From assembly GCF_001949145.1 (NCBI RefSeq), contig NW_019091403.1, forward strand, positions 434,001 through 496,000: a stretch of 62,000 bases of DNA, in the 5' to 3' direction. Below the pieces are notes generated by a model. The model saw only the letters and a program-made list of their open reading frames with translations, was not told the origin of the DNA and ran no database searches. Below are positions 23,590 to 37,367 of the stretch, piece after piece (positions within the stretch are counted from its first letter, which is position 1; the number at the start of each line of letters is the position of its first letter). This DNA comes from Acanthaster planci (taxonomy: Eukaryota). The translations under genes and the position numbers were made by a program.

Positions 23590-26500
23590 TCCATGTCCTT
23601 TGCAGGGGTGAGAGACATGAGGAACTCCACTGCAACTTTGACACAGAATCTTGGGATTTGTTTTCTTTCTTTTTGTTTTTTGTTTTTGCCCTCTGAGTTG
23701 TGAATGTGTCGATCTGACATGTCTCTTTGACTTGATGCCTGTTATCAACCACTTTAATATACAGGCGCTTAATTGTGTTCAGTCGTATGTGATTACAATT
23801 GAAGTGGCGGTGAAAAGCAAGATTTCCAGAGCATGAATTATGGATAAAAGGAGAAAGATCTGCAGGACGTTAAAACTAACATGTAGGAGCATGTAAAACA
23901 GTTTGGGGAAAAGGAGGGAGAAAAAGTGGTGGAGAGGGTATCGTACTCAAGACCCTGATTTAAATTCACTCTGTGGAAATTAAATCGTGTTTTGCCGAGC
24001 CTGGACTCTCCAGAATCTATCCGTTTTATTCCATGGGCTCAGGCATTCACTAACATCACCCTCAGAACTGCCGGAAATGAGCCGCAAAAGACTAAAAGAA
24101 GAGAGCATTATCATCGTTACCGTGGCACTGTTCAGATTGAGCAGGCCTAATACCCCGCCTCTTGTGATGAAGTGGTGTTTGCTAAAAGAAAAAAAATCAA
24201 TTTTTGAAAGTTCTTTTTTTTTTATTACAGTGGAGGGATTTCAGTGGAGACACAATCCTTGTGACATTTAGCAGGACTTGTAGACTAATCCAATCCAAAG
24301 AGGCTGCTGTCAGCAGAGAAATCAAAGCCTCTCTCAAAATGTTGGCGGAGGGGTATGTCGGAGAGAGGGGAAAACAAGAAAGGGAAGATTTGAGCTGTTG
24401 GGGTGCTCAAGTGCAATGACCGCCCGTCTGCACTTGAGGAAAAAAAAAAACAGAAAAAAAAAACACATCAAGGTCCCCCAGGCCCTACTTGGGCCCTGTG
24501 TTTCTGTCTTACATCGCCATTCATCACACGTGTAATGCCCATTGTTGTGGGGTCCGTAGCCGGAGGGGTGCAAACAACCCTCAAGAGGGAAGACTGCAGA
24601 AAGCCTTTGTGCTGCGTCCTTATTATTAAGTCAAACTGACAACTGCGGCAGTGCAAAGGTAGAGAAAGGCTTTCTGCGGCGGGTGCATCTTTGTTAGCAG
24701 GCTGACAGCAAGGACACAAGGAAAGAAATCGGAAATAAAAAATGCCCCCCCCCATAAATAAAAGGGAAAACCAGTATCAGGCATTGATAGGAATCTTTCT
24801 CTTGATATCTCGATCATGATCATAGTGGTTGATTGGTATATCACCTGTTTGTGGGGTGGTATCAAGAGGATGTAGTCTGATGGTGTGTTTTGCGGCAGAA
24901 TTTGTTTTGTTGTGCATTTGTTTGTGTTTTCAGTGTTGGGGAGACTTAGTAAATGGGGTCGATGTTGGCAGTAAGGTCAGGTCAGGTTGATACTGTAAAG
25001 AAAAACCTGCCTTCCAGCAAGATACCTTCCTTTTTTTGGAGTTGTTGGTAGCATGCAGCTGGTATAGTCTGTGTTGAGCCGGTGGGGTTAAAGCCCTGCA
25101 GTTACGTATGCACTGGGCCTTTTTTTATCGGTAAAGCTTTCCGAGAGGACGGGTACTTTTCCCCTTTTCAAGTCCAGTACCGACCTCTCAGATGTTTTTC
25201 CTGGGTCCAGCGGTTACTTCTGCTGACCAGCTGCTGCCCAGGGAATTTTTCTTGTCAAGATGAGTCTGAGGGCAAGTAGATAAAAGCAGCTCTGGAAAAA
25301 CGAAAGCGTACATCTGGGTCGAGTGTGAGGCCATGTCGCACACATGGCATAGCCAGGCTGGGGGAGTCGGGAGGGGAGGTTCAAGGCTGTGCCCCTGAGG
25401 TTTTTGTAATGGACAGCTCTCTTAAGAATCTTGTTTTAATAGGTCTATGGTCATCATCATCATGTCGTTTCTTACTGGAATGTCTTCAGGTTTAAAGCAG
25501 TGAACACCATTTGCATTATATATAGGCTAGATAAGAAGTGTAACATCGTAATTTTAGGAGCAACTTAACGGCATCTCTTAAGCAGTTTAGACTTTGTGAG
25601 GCCAATGCTGCCAGTACACAGTTCCTTCTCTGTGGAACAAATCCTTTTGTTGGAATTCCCCTCTCTCCTCCTCTACCTTGTCATGATCAGACTGCATCTA
25701 GTTCATCAATTACTTTTAATTGACGTCTTTCAAGAGTACAAACTGAACTGGCTTGGTCCCATTCGGTTTAGTTTCGGCAACACATAAGTTGATGTCTTTA
25801 ACGCAGATGCATTGTGGGATATGCACTCCTCAGCCATTCCCTGTGCCAGTCGTCAGGAGCCGCCTGACACCCAGCCAGCGGGCTACGGAACAACCCACAG
25901 TCCTCTCGGAGTACCAAGTTAACCTTCCCTCCCACAACTGCTCCCAATCTAATCAGCCCCCCCCCACCGACAACTCACGCACAATATCAAGGACCCAGTT
26001 CCGGTGAAAAGCACAACTGTAGCCCCGCGATGATTAACGACGACAGCCCCTGTCAATATTTCATGTTGGGTTTATCTTTCGGGGAAAGTAATGGATCTTT
26101 GACTTAATAAGCTTGTCTGTAATTAACATAACGACAGTCGCGCAATGCCAAGGCAGATATCTGCGTACCATTCCTACACGGATGTGGATTTCTCATCATG
26201 GATATTGGACACACTGTGAAGACAATATGGTGAAGTGTATTACATGGTACAGGTTGACTTCACAGTGGTATGAGGTTTGCACCTCATGAGGCGTAAATTT
26301 ACAAACCTTAAAGTTAAAGGTGATCCTCACTCAATGTTTGCATGTACATGAGTTGCATATGTACATGCAGTATAATAAGTGACTTGCGTATCATACATGT
26401 GCTTCCCTTGGACATTTTTACCAGTATCGCAGTAGTACATTTTATTCAGGAGTTGAGCCTTTAGAGGGTTTTAGAGTCACTCTGTGCAGTCATTTTGACT

Positions 26501-27659
26501 CTTGAGTTTGCAAAAATTGGACATGCCTTTCTTGCACAGTGCGCATTTTTCCAAGACTGGGTCGGACAAACGTTTATACTTTTTTTCACTGTGGTGCTCA
26601 GTGCACAGGGGCTGGCATGCATGTACATGTAGCCTTGAACTTCAAAATGACTGTAACAACAAAACCATATGTCAGATTGAGTTCAAACTTCACAGTTGTG
26701 ATGATAAATAAATATTTTCCATGCGTGCCAAGTTTAAAAAAAACAACGAGCCAAAACAACCCGGCTCTTTTGGGTTAAATTAATAACTGTTGAATTACAA
26801 GTGTGCATTTTGGGTTGAAAATTGCATACTTGTGTATAGTCCATTTTCCTGCACACAGGTGAGTGTGTGCAGGCGTGGCATAGTGTGGACCTCTGCACAA
26901 AAGAAGTCCACATAATGTAGGGTGTGATGACATTGTGTGGACTGGCACACGTCTGAAAAACAGCTTCAGAGTCATTTTGGGGTCAAGGATATCCATGGCA
27001 ATATGAAGAGGAACAGTCCAGGAAATCATCAACAAAAATCCAACTCAAAGGAGTTATCCTAGTTTGAGAAAAAGGAGCATTTTCCTCAAGTTTCCTTAAA
27101 CACAGGCGAACAAAGGAATGTCCACACTTTGTATGTAAAACAGGTGTGTGTGAACAGGGGCGATGTTTTCCACCCAAGGGATCACGTGCCATAGCTAGAT
27201 ACTTAAACACTCTTTTTAATGCATGCATGTAGCCAGCCCTTTGTGAGAAAATGTTTTTCATCTCTCAAAAAACAGTATCAGTTCTTCTGCATATTTGCCA
27301 AAATTAAGTTTGAAAAGTTGTAGTGGTATTGAGTCCGTGGAATAGTTTACAATCCTATTCATTCATGTGCCTTTTTTTTTTCCCTTTTCCTAACTTCCAC
27401 TCTTAATCATATTTATTCTGTTGCTCATTTTATTGTGAGTACTTGCTTTGAAATGGATCCTTCTTTGGCCGTGCCATTGAGGTCCGTTGGCGAGGAGCGA
27501 ATCACATGCCAGACTGTAGGCTGTGAAAGTTGTACGGGCGGAACCAGTATTAAATGAACATTGTGTGTGCATCAACTACGAGTATTAAATGAACATTGTA
27601 TTAGATTTTCCTCGCGTAATTGCTGCTGGAGTTACTTTGACAGTAGTGCAGTTTACATA

Positions 27660-27706
27660 ATGGATTCCGGTTCTTGCCCCAAAAAGAGTCATGGATACCG
27701 CCGGAA
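27660..27706 (+). CDS. Candidate alternative first exon, MDSGSCPKKSHGYRR(K)
   Basis: Strong Kozak ATAATGG and donor GAA|GTAAGT. Ends in phase 2, in frame with exon 50457. Confidence 0.35.
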
Positions 27707-30700
27707 GTAAGTGCTGGGATTTGTACACTTAATGGGTCTGTTACCGCTGTTTGTTGAACTGAAAGGGACCACGTTGGGCATGTTGTGTTCTTAGCTCTAT
27801 GGTTCAAGCGATGACTGCGATTATAAACTGAACCAGTAGTTTGACCAGTGTTACTTGAATGGTGGATGGTGGGACCAGTCTAGTCAACCACTTCTTGCAT
27901 TGTTGTCATCAGTGGGCATTTTCTTAATTATAGAGAAGACTGTTGACGCGAGAATGGTGATAATTGTGTCAAATAAGAGTGACCAAACCGTGAAAAGGGT
28001 AACCAACGGGGGGGAAAAAAAAGTGACTGACAACAGGCAAAAATTGGTTTAAAATGAGTCATTCGAGTGCGACTGTATACATGTATGTATGTGAAGCATG
28101 GATTGGGCAACTTAGAATAAATGATGAAAGATCATCAGCCGAATGAATAAACATAAGCTGTTGAACTGGCTCTGACAGTGTGAGACCCATTTGCGATTGA
28201 TTCGTAAACGAAGTCAGTAAAGTTAGACTATTTCCGTGTTGTAAATTGTGCGTTACAGTGTTCTGAGTGAATGTTTACCGAGCAAGTTCAGACGCAGCGT
28301 TTGATAAAAATTCATGGAGTCTTGTTTGATCTCCTCATCGGTTGGTCACAAAGATGAGTGTTTCGGAGGCAAGATTTTGAAACAGTAATTAATTAGACTG
28401 TATAAGCTTTTCAAAGGCAATCTGTAGGATTCATTGCAAAATATTTCAAGAATACATGACCCTGGAGATAAATGAATGTTGAGAGGATTTTACCCCAAAT
28501 TTTCAATAAAAATTCATGAGTTTTGGCCAGTGTAAGTACATGTATCCTCATTTTGAGAAGATGAATTCTGTGTTCAGACTTGGAAGTGAAGTTCATTTCT
28601 CTTTGGTGATGAGGAATTTTGTGCCGAGCATCTGACTTTACATTCCATGAAAATGTATGATTTTGGCACCTAGAGAATATAACTTAGATAAAGCCAATGA
28701 ATCCCTCTGTCAGTGCCAGAGGTGCAGGCAAATTGAAAGATGTGCACCTGCAGACTCCGACAATTGGAATCACCTTAAACACCTGCTTTGCCAGGCACTG
28801 GTAACGGGATTGGTTCACAACCTAGGTCACATGATAACTATGGTCTGAGAGAAAAACAGAGGGCTCATGACATGTCCAGACATGAATATGGCAAACAAAC
28901 ATGCTGTTTGTTACTCCAACTCGGGAACAGATGGAAGACCTGTTTTGCGGTTATTTTAGTTGTCATGCTTTCCAAAAAGGGGGAAAAGGCTAATGTCTTT
29001 GAAATGTGCAATATTTGCTACCTTCATCGTTTATTTTTCATATTCCATGATAGCAATTAATTTCTATAACTTGAAGATTTCATGAAAAAAGAAAATTTAG
29101 TATTTTTCATCTTGAATGAAAAGGGATGTTTTTCAGGATGTGTGAAATCTTCATTGCTTTAAAACCATTTTCTGATCAACATGCCTGTGAATATTGGCTT
29201 TAATTGTCTGAGGAAACCATGGCAACAGTATTCAACAATGCTCTGGAGACACCCTTCCGCGCACACACACACACGGAGACTACTCAGAGAGAAAGAATCG
29301 ACATGCTAGGAGTCAAGTCTCCTGGCCACTGCACTCATTACCGTAGCCGAGGGGCAAGGCTACGGCAAGACGGAAGCCCTGCACGGATGTCGTGATCGCA
29401 TCAACATGCAGCCGGCACAACAGAGGAAACTGAAGCGTTGGGCAGCGGGGCTGTTGATTGAGTCCCAGCGTCGGATTTGGTTCCCCTCCCCCCCCCCGCC
29501 GTTGTTTGGCGGGTGACAGTGTGGGCCCATGCTCTTTTGTTTTAAAAACCCGCCTCCTCACAAGGGGACTTGAGTAACCACTCCTGGAGTGGGATTTTTT
29601 GTTACCGAGGGCAGGCAATTGGGGAGCTAGAGTTACATACGTGGCACTGCAGCGCTTGTCTTTCCTTTTTTCTTTTAGAAGGTGATGTTAGTCTATCCCT
29701 TTGTGACTCTCGTTGAAATTGCTCCCCAGAATGACTATTTATCTGAATTTCTCACCCAGCGATGTACTCATGCAGTCATTATAAGTGGTCTCAGATGATT
29801 TGGCAAGTTGAAGTTGTTTGATTGGTTGAGGCTACCAGTGTTTCTTTCTTTGCTTTTCTTTGTTTAAGATTTAATTGGATTATGGAGATCAAGTTAGCAG
29901 GTGCATGTGTGGGATTTAGAATATTCCAAATAGGAGTTGAAATGAATTTGAATTATCTGACATTGAAATTTGTCATGATTTTTTCATTTAGAAAGATCTC
30001 TTTGAAATATGAATGTTCATTTCTTTTGTCGCCGAGTCAGCTTTTTGCGTAATCTTACGGAAGCCAGTACGTCTGACATCTTCTCTTCGTTTTTGGCAGT
30101 TTCTTTCTCCAGAGCAGCTGGCACAGATCATTGCACTCATTTGCATAACAATGACCTGCTTTATTGACAAGTCCTTCACCCAGTGGGTCATCCAGGTTGT
30201 CTAAAGTGCTCATCCCGGGCAGGTTTTAAATAGCTATCTTAGGAAGATAATCCTTCCCCCCCTTTTTTTGCAAACACAAAATTATTGTAATTAATTTTAT
30301 TGATTTTGCAAAGGTGAAATCTTGCGGCTCTGCCGTGGTTTAATCTGTCGGAGAACTGGTTGTATTTGTCCAATAGAAACAAATTGGACGGCGGATCCAT
30401 GGTACGGCGAGTATAGTACATATTGCCATGCTCTTTGAGGGGAACTAGACAAGGGGGTTGTATGAAAGCAGAGGCCATGGGGAAATCACGGCTTGTTTCT
30501 CGTGCCCTGATGTGTTTGGATAGTGATGCGTAATCAACGAGATACAACACAGCGAGTGAATTAGGACCAACATTTTGACAAAGTGTGACGCTGCAAGTGT
30601 GTGTGTACATTACTTGACTAACATTGACTCTATCTGCTGTCATTGGCTGGAGATTAAAGTTTGTGGACACCGACCAAATAGAATTACCCCATTTTTGAAA

Positions 30701-31137
30701 CTCCCAGTATTGTTTGAATTTGAGCAAACAGGTTGCCATGGCAGATATGCTTAAGAAATGCAACAAGACCTATTTTTTTGTGGTACAGATTTAACACCTT
30801 CTCCCTCACTAAAGACATATTCCAGATTTTTTTTCAGCACATTGCTTGTAATTTGCAAATATGGTCAAAATACATGTATGTCTTCTCTTTGTACTTCAAG
30901 GAAACAGTGTTTTGGTGTATTTATGGACAGGCCAAAGTGTTGACATGTCTTAAATTTTAATGTTTTGATGATGCTTACGTTGTCATGTACAATTGATCCT
31001 ACAGGTGAGATTCGCATTACGCTGGCTGGCTCACAGTCAGTGTAGATGCGATTACTACCAAGCTAGGGCATTATTGACTAGTCATACCTGACGCCAAGTA
31101 ACTTCCTCTTGCTTCCTCCTTCCCTCTCTTGTTTCAG

Positions 31138-31181
31138 TCAGGCCTCTCAGAGCATAACATGTTTCCGCTTGATTAGCGCAG
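31138..31181 (+). other. Candidate 44-nt non-coding (5'UTR or poison) exon / alternative promoter exon
   Basis: Long polypyrimidine tract ending TTTCAG at 31137 and donor CAG|GTAACG. Read from phase 0 it contains TAG. ETS-like CTTCCT motifs and an Inr-like TCAGTC overlap the tract. Confidence 0.35.
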
Positions 31182-32558
31182 GTAACGTAATCCGTAACTC
31201 TGAGCTTTTTTTGTTTTTTTGTTTGTCTTGATACGCAATTAACCACAGATGTTCAGCACATACCTGTAGAGTTTGCAGTGCCAGGTGTGCGTGAAGGTGT
31301 ATTTGCACGGGTGGCATTCCTCTACAATAGAGAGTGGTAGTTGGAGGAATAAGCCCTTCTCTTGTTCACATGTATAGAGGACCACAGGCCACCATCTTGC
31401 CTCGTGCATGCTGGGATACATCTACAGGGGACTGCAAATTTTTTTTTTCTTTATTCACACACTAATGTCACTGCCCATCCAAACCTTTTCAAGGTTATTC
31501 ACCTCACTGGCCACTGTTGACACAATGTTTCCTCCAGTGAGAAAAGGAAACATGGTCTTCCTCTGTAAGTAGAGCACTGGCGAAGAAGAACGTACACATC
31601 TTGTAGAATTAGATGTAAACCATTCATTAAAAAAAAAGCGCAGAAAAAAATGGTAGCTTTTTTAGATGTATATACATAACAGAATTGATTGGAGGCCTTT
31701 TCCCTCTGTGCGTACATTTAGCGTACTTGTTTCTCTACTCACGAGCAGGCTGCGGTGAATTATTTTTCCAAGCGGACTCTGAGTTGTTTTTTATTTGACG
31801 GAATGTCCTGGACAGTCTTTCAACCTGTAAATTCAATATCTCATAACCCTGCCTTTGATGGTGAATGGTTTTTCAAGACGGCACTTCTAATGGGATATGA
31901 GTGATTGCCGCAGTGGCTACATGTATAATGGCCCCTCGTTAGGTGGATCTATACAGGAATTTTTCGTCAACCTGCCCTGTCTAGCAGAATGTTTGTCACA
32001 GCCACACTGTTTTTTAATAAAATAAAACTTTGAGAAAGGACGCCTTTACTCATATGTAGGCACGTACAAGCTTGCAACATTTTCTGTTAGCAAAGTCAAT
32101 TTTTGAGTTTTAGTTCTTGGAGAATTTTTGGTCTTTGTTTTTAAAATATTGATTGATAATGTGTTATTTTAATGGAACTTGTAGAGGTTTGTAGTTGCTT
32201 ACAAGCATTTTTTTTTATTTTAGATTTCAAAGACAAAAAACTGAAAACAATTCCAAATTCTTACATAATGTACACATGCCGGTATATTTGAAGATAGAAA
32301 TGAACTTGTGCTGTTCCAATTATCGATTCTCTGTGGGAAAATGACACTAAGGCTTCCTTTAACTTTGAAATTCGAAACAAAGAGCTGTTTCAAATTTAGT
32401 TTGAAATTACCCACATTTTGCCTTAAAAATGAAGATGCAGTGGTTTCATTTCCAGCCTTCTTTCTCTGCCAGGAAAATGATAATTCCAAAGATATGATAA
32501 TGTAATACAAAACTGCTGCAAACTGCTTGCCGACTACATTGACCTAAAATACAAATCA

Positions 32559-32660
32559 CAAAATACGGAGGGCCTGACGTTTAGATCCCAGCAGAATCTT
32601 TTTCAAAGGCCTTTGAGAAAGATTCTGCTAGGATCGGAGCATCAGGCCCTCCATATTTTG
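32559..32660. repeat. 102-bp loopless imperfect palindrome
   Basis: 51-bp arms centred on AAAGG|CCTTT (32609/32610), 7 mismatches, 6 of them transitions. Confidence 0.9.
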
Positions 32661-33789
32661 AGGAAAATGATAAGTTAGAGATCTAAAGAGATGTACATGT
32701 AAATCGTGAATTGGTGAGTTGAATGAAACAACTAGCCATAAAATCAGTTCTGTTCTTCAGAATCTGAGCTTTTCACCTCTTTTTTTTTTACGTGGTTATC
32801 CTGTTATTTTATATGGCTGTCTATTCAAACAGTTCTTCAGTGAAGTCCTTTACTCCAACTTTTGGCCTCACACCCTTATCCATGATCATTAAATTCCTTG
32901 ACAAATTATTTATGACTCGTGTAGCATCTCAAATCGTGTACAATATAAGTGACGGAATTGAACACTGTAATCTGTCCCACCGTGGGTGAATTATTTACGC
33001 CCATGCATGAGTATTCAGTAGGGCTTTCCAGCCATGCAGGCTTCAGAAATGGCACATATATTTTTATCAGTGTTTCTCTGGCAAGAGCTGTGCCTGTTTG
33101 CTGCCTAAGCATGTGTTCTGTGGCCCCAACACGCAAGGGGTGGGATTTGTACAAGATGAGCCGACAATATAGCGACTTGTCTCAGAGGCAAACGTTCTGA
33201 TGCAGCAGGGGAAGATGAAAGTCTTGTGGGACGTAGTAGCAACAATTGACACTCGGAACTCTCATAGCACCAAGAATGTCCAACATTTTGTCAACAGCAC
33301 AGATGTCTATCTGAGAAAACAACCATACTGGCAACTGTTTTCAAGAACAGGAAAAGTCAAACCTTGTGTATTGTTGTTGTGAGACTCAAGACAAAAGGAA
33401 TCAGCTTTCTCCCCCCAATCCAAACATTGTTCTTGAATGGTCAGTTGTGTTAATTTCATCATCATGATCATCATGATGCAATGACGATCCATCAAAATTT
33501 TGACGGTGAACGTTTTGCGGCCATATGTTTTAAATGTTTTCCTTTCAACTGTGTATGCAGATGCGTCATCTAAGTATAGTGACTTGGTGGAAAAATAATG
33601 CGTATATTTTTGGGCAGGTGGATTATTTCTAGGGAAGCCCAGTCCCTCCTAGAAATGTTTATTGGAGAAAATGTGACCTTTTTCCTTAAAATACAGTTGT
33701 AGCTCTTTTTTTTTTTTTTTGCGTTGCAAGCGTAAGTGTTTTGTAATGGGCATTAATAAAGCCCAAAACATTTCCACCTTGAAGATGTT

Positions 33790-34060
33790 GGAGGGGCTGT
33801 TATTGTACGTCCGAACATTCCTGAAACCTACTCAGTTCCCTGGAGACTATACGAGCCCGATGCCGCCATGTCGGCACAACCGGCTAAACATAACCATATC
33901 TGCCTCACAGGTACCGGTACCCATTTACTCCTTGGTGGCGAGCGGTACACAGGGATGAAGTGACTTGCCCAAGATCGCAACATGTTGCCACCAGCTGGAT
34001 TCGAACCCCCAACCTCATGGTCAGAAGCTACAAACCCTAACCACGAGGTCACATGCCCCC
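33790..34060 (-). mobile_element. tRNA-derived SINE
   Basis: Minus strand reads GGGGGCATG, A-box-like TGACCTCGTGG (34041-34051), B box GGTTCGAATCC (33997-34007), then CTTGGGCAAGTCACTT...GTAAATGGGTACC, typical of conserved central SINE domains. The 3' end is approximate; a T16 run lies at 33705-33720. Confidence 0.85.
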
Positions 34061-34609
34061 TTGCAGGATTGTGTATATCGTATGCAGGGACATTCACACA
34101 TGAAATTGGTTTGAAACAAAGCTGTTGCAAATGTCACTGTGAAATTGACATTCATATGTATCGCGGGGCAGGTACGATACGCACATGTATATTCAGAGTT
34201 CCTGAAGTGATTTGCGTCTTCTTTCCAAAAGTGCTTTCACCAAATGCCTTGCCCTGAAGGCCTAGCATATGCACTGAGGGGTTTTCACAATCAAAAAGCA
34301 ATTGGAATAGAATTCTTCTCTGCTTGTCAACACTGTCTGCCAGTTTGCAATCATTTCTGACACCTTAAGTGGTCTTGTAAATGTATGAGGCTTGTGCCCG
34401 GCGATATTAATTAACAGAAAGAGAGAGAATGAGATTGGCACTGTTCAGAAACAGACTTTGTACTTTAAAATAAAAGAAATCCCCGGAAATAAATATGCAT
34501 CAAATCAGAGCAGTGACAAGGAAATGGCAGGTCCTTGATTTTTTTGTGTTTTTGTTTGGTTAAACACAGCTTACTTCTGTTCTGCATGTTGGCTTGCTGG
34601 GGTGTTGGG

Positions 34610-34633
34610 TTGTTTGTTTGTTTGTTTGTTTGT
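34610..34633. repeat. (TTTG)n microsatellite
   Basis: TTGTTTGTTTGTTTGTTTGTTTGT seen directly. Confidence 0.8.
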
Positions 34634-37367
34634 ATTTTCACTGGAGTATGTGGTGTACAGAACAACTTTTCTTACTCCCAAACTTTAAAAATGCGATACA
34701 TGCTTCAACCAGAACAGCCTGAGTTTCTGCTGTTAATTTCTGCAGTTTAAAGTGAATGAATTATTGCAGTGAGAGACTTCAAAGATCATCCTAAAAAGCT
34801 GTTTTGCTTCCAATTATCATCCATGAATTAAAAAACGACTGTCATGAAGCAAATTATCCTCTTCATGCCCCTTAGAATTGCAACCTTCCAATTCTTGTTT
34901 TTTGTAACTTTGTACATCTGCACAGTCGAGTCGCTGACTTTACCCTACGAGTGGGAAACGCAATCCCTTTATTAAAATTGTATTGACAACTTGAAGGTAC
35001 TTTGACGTAGTGCTGGAACTTGATCGCGCTAATAGTATCGTGACTCGGAGTATCTATTTCATTTCTGGCATTGTTGGCAGAGCGAATTTGACTCCTCCAA
35101 CCACTTTGTGGTCATACATGTAATTGTACTGATCTTTGATCAATCTACATTTGTCTTTCTATTAGGGCAATGTTGCCTAATGGAGTTGTGTAATGAGCGA
35201 AAATCAGCTGGAGGGCAGGCCACAGTTGTAGGCATCGAAACTACATGACGATGGACGTGAATGAGAATCATTTCACGAAAACATTTCTCAGTATATGTAG
35301 GTTGGCGAGGATTCGAGAGCTATTGACGCACTGATCAGGAATAACAATGAATCGCTTGTACATCCATTCTCTTGTGAAGGCTTTGATGCCATTATCTTAT
35401 TCAAGGAATATCAGTTTCAAGCTACCCGGTATCCTGCAACCAAGTCGCCCAAAACATGTGGTTCCGTATTCCACACATGTCAGTTTGTTTGTTAATCTGT
35501 GTGTGTACATGTACCTGTTCCCTGCTTTCATTGCTTGTCATCACCCTCGTGCATCTCGTTTCCCTTCACGTGTTCATCTTCTCTTTCCCCCTCCCCACCA
35601 TTCCAAACCTCTCTTGGACTCAATGTGGCTATTTGTATCAAGTTCTTCCAGAATGAAGGGCATACATTCAGCCCAGGTCTTCTCCGAACTGCCACCGTTT
35701 GATAATGCCCATCTACCATCAGTGTGCTTTATCTCCGTTGCCACGGTACCTCTCTGGAGACCCTCGGTTCTCCATTTTCTTTTTTTTTTTCCATTGCCCC
35801 ACCACCAAATAAAATCTTCCTTGTTAATCCATCCTACATCTCGCCCATATCAAGTTCGGCAATCGGAGCCCGGCCTGGGAAATTGATGCTCGGGTCTTGT
35901 CCTATTGCGGGTCGTCCCATCTTTTCCCTTCTTGTTTCCTTGTCGTATTTTTCAGGCCACATTTCTCCCATGCAGCCTTAACTATGTAGCAGTGTGTCCC
36001 CTAGACCACATGTACATGTAATTCGGCAATTCTCGGGACCAAAGCTCTGAGAGCCTTATTTCAACCATGAGATTGGTTTGGCCTTCAGCAGAGTGTCATA
36101 ATTTTGACTCCATGAATTTTCAGTTTGGTGATTTGTCTGGAAAAAAAACTTTTACACACCGACGCAGGAATTAATTACATCAGCATTTCAAAACCTGTTA
36201 CAGATTTTTTTTTTTTTGATGCGCACAAGTTTTCTTGATAGAAGAAACACAAAAAACACATGGCTATCTGCATTAACCAAGCAGTGCACCTGAAAAGCGT
36301 CGTCGAGCTAGAGGTTGTCCAAATTCTGTCCATTTTGTGTCAGATTGTTGCTGTGCAGACTGTTGTGCTAAAAAAGTAAGCTTGACCAATTATGTTATTG
36401 AATCTCTGTTTCAATAAAAACAGAAATTTAAAAATCGAAGGGAACGGGGTCATGAATATTGAGCTGCTCTACAGCTTACAAATGCTTGAGAGGAAGATAA
36501 TGCATAGAGTGCTTGGCCAGGATCACATTCTCCATCTGTTTTGATTGAGAACACTTTGCCGGTAGTTTCCTTCATTTGAGATTTACTTTCTTTCTAGAAA
36601 TAGCTTTGCTTATGTTCGTTTCAGAAGCTGTGATGTCATGCCCCATATCAAATATTGACTTTTTGAGGGGGTTTATCTTCTTACTGTCAAATTAGAGGGC
36701 GTGTCATCGTTCTTCTTTGTCTTTCTCTTTGAACTCGTAAAAATACCTGTGTCTCCAGCTTGAGTGTTTAACCAATCTGTTAACACTAAACAAGATACGT
36801 TTTTATGTTGCGTTCACAAGCTCCCTGAATCTCTTTTTAAAGTCTACTTTTCCTGCTCCATATTTTTCCCTGTATTGGCCAAACAGGCAGCAAAGGCTTC
36901 ATGGGTTGTTCCCTTGAGGCGTTGGGATCCCACCTCATGACACAAAACCATTTTCGTCTTCACCTGTAGCGAGGGACATCAGACTTCCTGTGATTTCTTT
37001 CAATGGTACACATATTCACCAATCTGTCTTACATGTACTTTGGTGGAGGGGGATTGGGTGACCTTTGTGTTTTGTTCACTCTGCTGTCTTTTTCACCTGT
37101 CCTTCATTTTGTGAATTCTATGGATGTTCCTGTAATATCTGATTCTTGGTTTCAGCCTAGGTTTCACGTCTCCGATTTTGGGCAGAAAGAAGACTGTACG
37201 ATGTAGGAAATCTTGTACGCTACATTCCTGATTTTTGTTGTTGTTTTTATAATTGTTGATTAGTTTTTTTGAGATGCAGGAATTAATGCAAACCATTGTT
37301 TTATGTTATATTCTCATTTTTTTTTTGTCTGTGGGATGTTTTCTTGAGCAGCATAATAGGCAGGAAT

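Noticed and set aside
30239..30766. 175-aa - strand ORF
   Set aside because: No domain or codon-bias support; no minus-strand exon chain found.
33997..34060. tRNA gene
   Set aside because: A/B boxes are present, but there is no clean cloverleaf or nearby T-terminator; it continues into a SINE body.
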